DNA from: Tubiluchus corallicola
Lineage: Eukaryota; Animalia; Priapulida
Assembly: GCA_030141605.1 (NCBI GenBank)
Contig: JAQGDQ010000852.1
Span: 1 to 64,000, forward strand
Direction: 5' to 3'
DNA: 64,000 bases
Both the position numbers and the translations under genes were made by a program. This document shows, one piece after another, positions 1 through 64,000 of this stretch. The notes below the pieces were generated by a model. That model worked only from the letters and a program-made list of their open reading frames with translations. It did no database searches and was not told the origin of the DNA. Position 1 is the stretch's first letter. Each line of letters starts with the position of its first letter.

Positions 1-459
1 TATTATTATTATTATTACAGCTGATAAGCGCGGTGGCACATAAAGCCATTTTTATGAAATTTAGATGGAGGGTGGATCCAGAATTCATTCGGACTTGCTC
101 ACTGTGACAGAACTAGATGTTGTAGAAACTTGTAAAATTGTAAAAATAGCATTCTGATTCTAGCAAAATTTTTCAAACTTTTTCTGGCAAAATAACGTAC
201 ATCTACACTGGTGAGGGAGCATACTTGTGGAGCGTTGTGGAAATGATGCACTGAAGCCTATAGCAGAGCAGAAAAGTGTCCACTAAGAGAAAGCAATAGT
301 GCTGGCATGAAAATTTGTAATCCAAATTGGCATGATTAACCAATAATGCCGGTGTAGGTTTATTAGAAGCAAAACTTACAGCACAGACTACAGTACAGTA
401 CTTTGCTTTGTTATCGGACGTATTTGGTTGGTTAATTGCCAGTGTTAACTAATTAAGCC

Positions 460-712
460 TGTGTTTATATAAATACATCAACAATATTAACACGCCCTTC
501 ATAAAAAATAAGCTTCCACTCCTCTTGGAGCCAACATTAAATCCAAGAACACACAATATTAAACAAACACGCACTAATAACAAATACGACAACAATTCCA
601 TCACTAAACAAGGAGTTCAACTTTGGAATGCCCTGCCATCAAATTTAAAACAAATCAAGTCTTTCGATGAATTCAAATCAAAATTAAAAATACATACATT
701 AAATCGTTTTGA
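460..712 (+). mobile_element. 3' fragment of CR1/L2-like non-LTR retrotransposon ORF2
   Basis: G..LWNALP..LK....F..FK.KLK C-terminal motif in ORF 525..899. Confidence 0.6.
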
Positions 713-735
713 AAACCCCACATACGTAAACATAT

Positions 736-1084
736 TGTTACGGAGGCACCTGTGTCGGGTCAAGTGTAGGGCCGTCTACACGCCCAACTTCCACGTCAGC
801 AGCGACTCACCCCTTTCTTGCAGGTCCAGATGTCTTGTTTGGGCCTACACGTGGTGTGAGAAGCCAGCTGACCTGGAATGCGAGTATAAAAGCGTGTAGA
901 GGTCACTACATCCTTGATTTCTGACACAGGTGCTCCTCGGGTGTAGTGCTGTTACTGAGTTAGTTAGTTATTTTTTTGTGCACGTGTATTTTGTTCCCTA
1001 TTTTTATTAGTGCTGTTAATAAACTCCGTACAGTGTAGTTTTTGTGTATTTTGTTTCATGAGAGTTAGATGACACGCTATAACA
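736..1084 (+). mobile_element. Probable solo LTR
   Basis: TGTTA...TAACA termini, TATAAAA near 886, AATAAA near 1018; no clean TSD. Confidence 0.55.
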
Positions 1085-1348
1085 GGTATATGGTACTAGT
1101 TTACAGACATTAATTTAGCTAATTAACATTAACATTTGTAATTAAGTATCGGTTAAACAACGATTATAATGGAACTTCATGATGCGCAATATCAAGACCG
1201 CCATGCCATCTTGGAGTTCGACCCCCTGGGCCGAATTCAGTCCAATATATTCATCCACAAACTTTATTTACCCACGTCCATTTTAAATTATATATATATG
1301 TAACACAGAACACAGAACACAGAACACAGAAAATACTTATCAGCTTAC

Positions 1349-7856
<6,508 letters not shown>

Positions 7857-8559
7857 CTTTAGTAATTACAATAATTATTACTTTGAAACTATTTCAACGT
7901 AGCTTCTATGTCATGTAGCGAGACAATTTCTTTCTTAGTTGCCAAGGGAATTTTGAACTTAATTAAGAGCTTAGAGACGTTCCTACACAGTTAAATTCGA
8001 ACGTTCCAAATGTTCAAAAGCATTACAACTTTTTTGGCAAACAATCGCTTTTCTTTCTTTTTAAAATTGGATACATACACGAAAATGCCTGTATATGCTC
8101 AGAGGAAGCACAAACAGTTGAATATTTGCTTTTTAATTGTACTTTGGTCGACGAAAATAAAAGATTAAAATAAAAGAAATAGCCTACAATTTCAAAACAT
8201 TAGTAAAATTTATACCTCTCGAGACAAAAACGTGCTAGTTGCTTTCTCTGAGTTAGTTTGTGGTTCGTTTTTACAAACTTTAGTATAAAATTTGAACTTT
8301 TATATTATATCTGTCACTTTTATATTAACAGGTCGTTTTGTGTAAATTTGTGTAAATTGGTACTCTTTGATTTTAGTTGTTCTTTTATTGGTATATTGAT
8401 TTATTGGTATTTAAAAGTCTTGCGAATATAACAGCTATTTTATTTACAAAGTTTTTTTAACCATACCCTGCAAATAGAGGGTCCCTGTATGTAGTTTATG
8501 CAAATATTTGTATATGTTTACAATTTTAAATTTTAAATAAAGAATTATAATAATAATTT

Positions 8560-8790
8560 CTTCTTCGTCTAAGTCTCATTCTATTTATTGTATTCCACCC
8601 ACTCCTATCTGCGGCTAACAGCGTAAGTTCTTCAACTCCTAAAGATAGATTTGGTTGAAGTTGTTCAGCATCTTTATTTATCTTATCTATCCAAGTTGTT
8701 TTTGGTTTGCCAGCTGGTATTTTGCAAGTTTTCAAGGCTTCCTTTAAGGCGATTCTTAGTGGTACTTCCCTTGGTATTCTTAGAAGTTGC
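8560..8790 (-). mobile_element. RTE-like LINE 3' fragment
   Basis: GKPKTTW.D.I.KD and AADRSGW motifs. Confidence 0.65.
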
Positions 8791-9506
8791 CTTCAGATCT
8801 TGACTTTTGAACTCCGAGGAGAGAGAGAGAGAGAGACAGAGCGCACGAAAGAGTGTTTACAGAATGACTTCCCAAAAGTTACTGCCTCTGTGTCAGCTCT
8901 TTCGTTACATTTTCTATAACAGCAAAAACTCTTCACTGAATCAGGAAGCTTTTCTAACTAGGTGACATTCATGATGTACTGCTTGGTACAAGCAATTACT
9001 ACGTCAATGTCCTAGTGGCAATACCTTGTACAAAACAAAAAGCAAGAAATACTTCAGAAAAAACAGAGAAATCAATAACTCTATAACAGAGTTGATTTCG
9101 ATTTATGCACTATTGATTCTATTTCTTGTATAAGCGATTTAACCATTTATAACAGAATTAACATACTGTTGCATGTGCTTTATCGTCTGCACAAATGTAT
9201 GGGTATGACTAGATACGCTTGTCTCCTGCAATTGTTATTTTTTTATTATTTATTGTTTATTTATTTATTAAATATATCTACAACGATCATTACAGCATTG
9301 TACATAAAAGAATTTAATAATATATTTATTATTATGTGCACAAGATGCCAAGCCGCAAATGACCCGTGGGGTACTCAAGAAGTGATTACTTGTTTAGAGT
9401 ACCCAAATCCTCTTTAATCAACTGCCTGTTGCTTAGTCTTGTAAAATAGAAAAACAACACTCATCATTATCAATAATAATAAATTTTATTAACATAATAT
9501 TATACA

Positions 9507-63129
<53,623 letters not shown>

Positions 63130-63144
63130 CTAATAGGTAATATA

Positions 63145-64000
63145 AAAATGGAATAGTACGTAGTTATTGTTAATATAGTAAAGAATGTGAATGAAAAGTA
63201 AAAATAGAAAATTAAGAAAAAATGATCTAATTCATTTGTTTAGAAATTTATAACATAAGACACAAAAAGATCAACACAGTCCTTGGAATAGTACGTATCA
63301 ACTATTAAAAAACAACTGATGGCAATGAAAAATAACCAGTAGAAAATTAAGAAAAAGTGAGAGATATCTAACTCACTTATTGAAATTTTAGAACATAAGA
63401 CACAAAAAGATTGGTTCTCTAGTACTCTCCTAATAAACAACAGAAAACTTTGAATAGTACGCAGCTACTACTAACAAAATAGTGAATGGTAATGAAAAGT
63501 TACCAGTAGAAAATTACGAAAAAAATTTGCGAGATCTAATTCATTTGTTTAGAAATTTATAACATCAGACACAAAAAGATCAACACAATCCTTGGAATAG
63601 TACGTATCTACTATTAAAAACAACTGATAGTAATGAAAAGTAACCAGGAGAAAATTAAGAAAAGTGAGAGAGATCTCACTCACTTATTTGGAATTTTAGA
63701 ACATAGGCTGCAAAAAGATTGGCTCTCTAGGAAACTCCTAATATGCAACACACAAAACTTGGAATAGTACGTAGCTACTATTAATAAAACAATTGATGGT
63801 AATTAAAAATAACCAGTAGAAAATTGAGAAAAATGAGGGAGACATAATTCATTTGTTTAGAATTTATAACATAAGACACAAAATGACTGGTTCTCTAGTA
63901 CTCTCCTAATATACACACGAAACTTGGAATAGTACATAGCTACTATTAAAAAAATAATTGTTGGTAAATAACGTAACCAGGAGAAAATTAAGAAAAAATG
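63145..64000. repeat. Degenerate long-unit tandem repeat (ggaatagtacg...aaccagtagaaaattaagaaaa...agacacaaaaagat)
   Basis: Motif blocks recur about every 115-180 bp to the window end. Confidence 0.8.

Noticed and set aside
20-290. Possible next exon of gene B near the window start
   Set aside because: No frame with the expected T.F...C..W/F.D.D.PL.Y REJ motif found

Overview
AT-rich, intron- and repeat-rich animal genomic DNA, probably a non-arthropod invertebrate (TTAGGG-type repeats, tRNA-derived SINE, hAT/piggyBac/Tc1 MITEs, RTE/CR1-like LINE ends). The window holds two tandem, minus-strand polycystin-1-family (PKD1L/REJ-type) genes, whose exons I assembled by hand from splice sites and phases. 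Gene A enters from the right edge in the REJ region and ends at stop 9507: 29 exons, 6452 nt, about 2150 codons, every junction frame-consistent. It encodes REJ - GAIN - GPS (HL/T intact) - TM1 - PLAT - TM2-6 - TOP - channel TM7-11. Gene B starts 1.65 kb downstream (ATG 7856; signal peptide - PKD domain - REJ) and runs off the left edge. The most unusual feature is gene A's ectodomain. Just before the GPS motif it carries (i) a ~200-aa module with 30 cysteines in helical-type spacing and (ii) a complete second, predicted extracellular PLAT/LH2 domain on a frame-symmetric (phase 1-1) three-exon cassette, in addition to the normal cytosolic PLAT. Gene A's introns also contain a candidate internal promoter/first exon in frame with that extra PLAT, a candidate alternative terminal exon, a GC-AG intron, large satellites and several foldback structures. 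All family assignments are from motif recognition; no database search was run.
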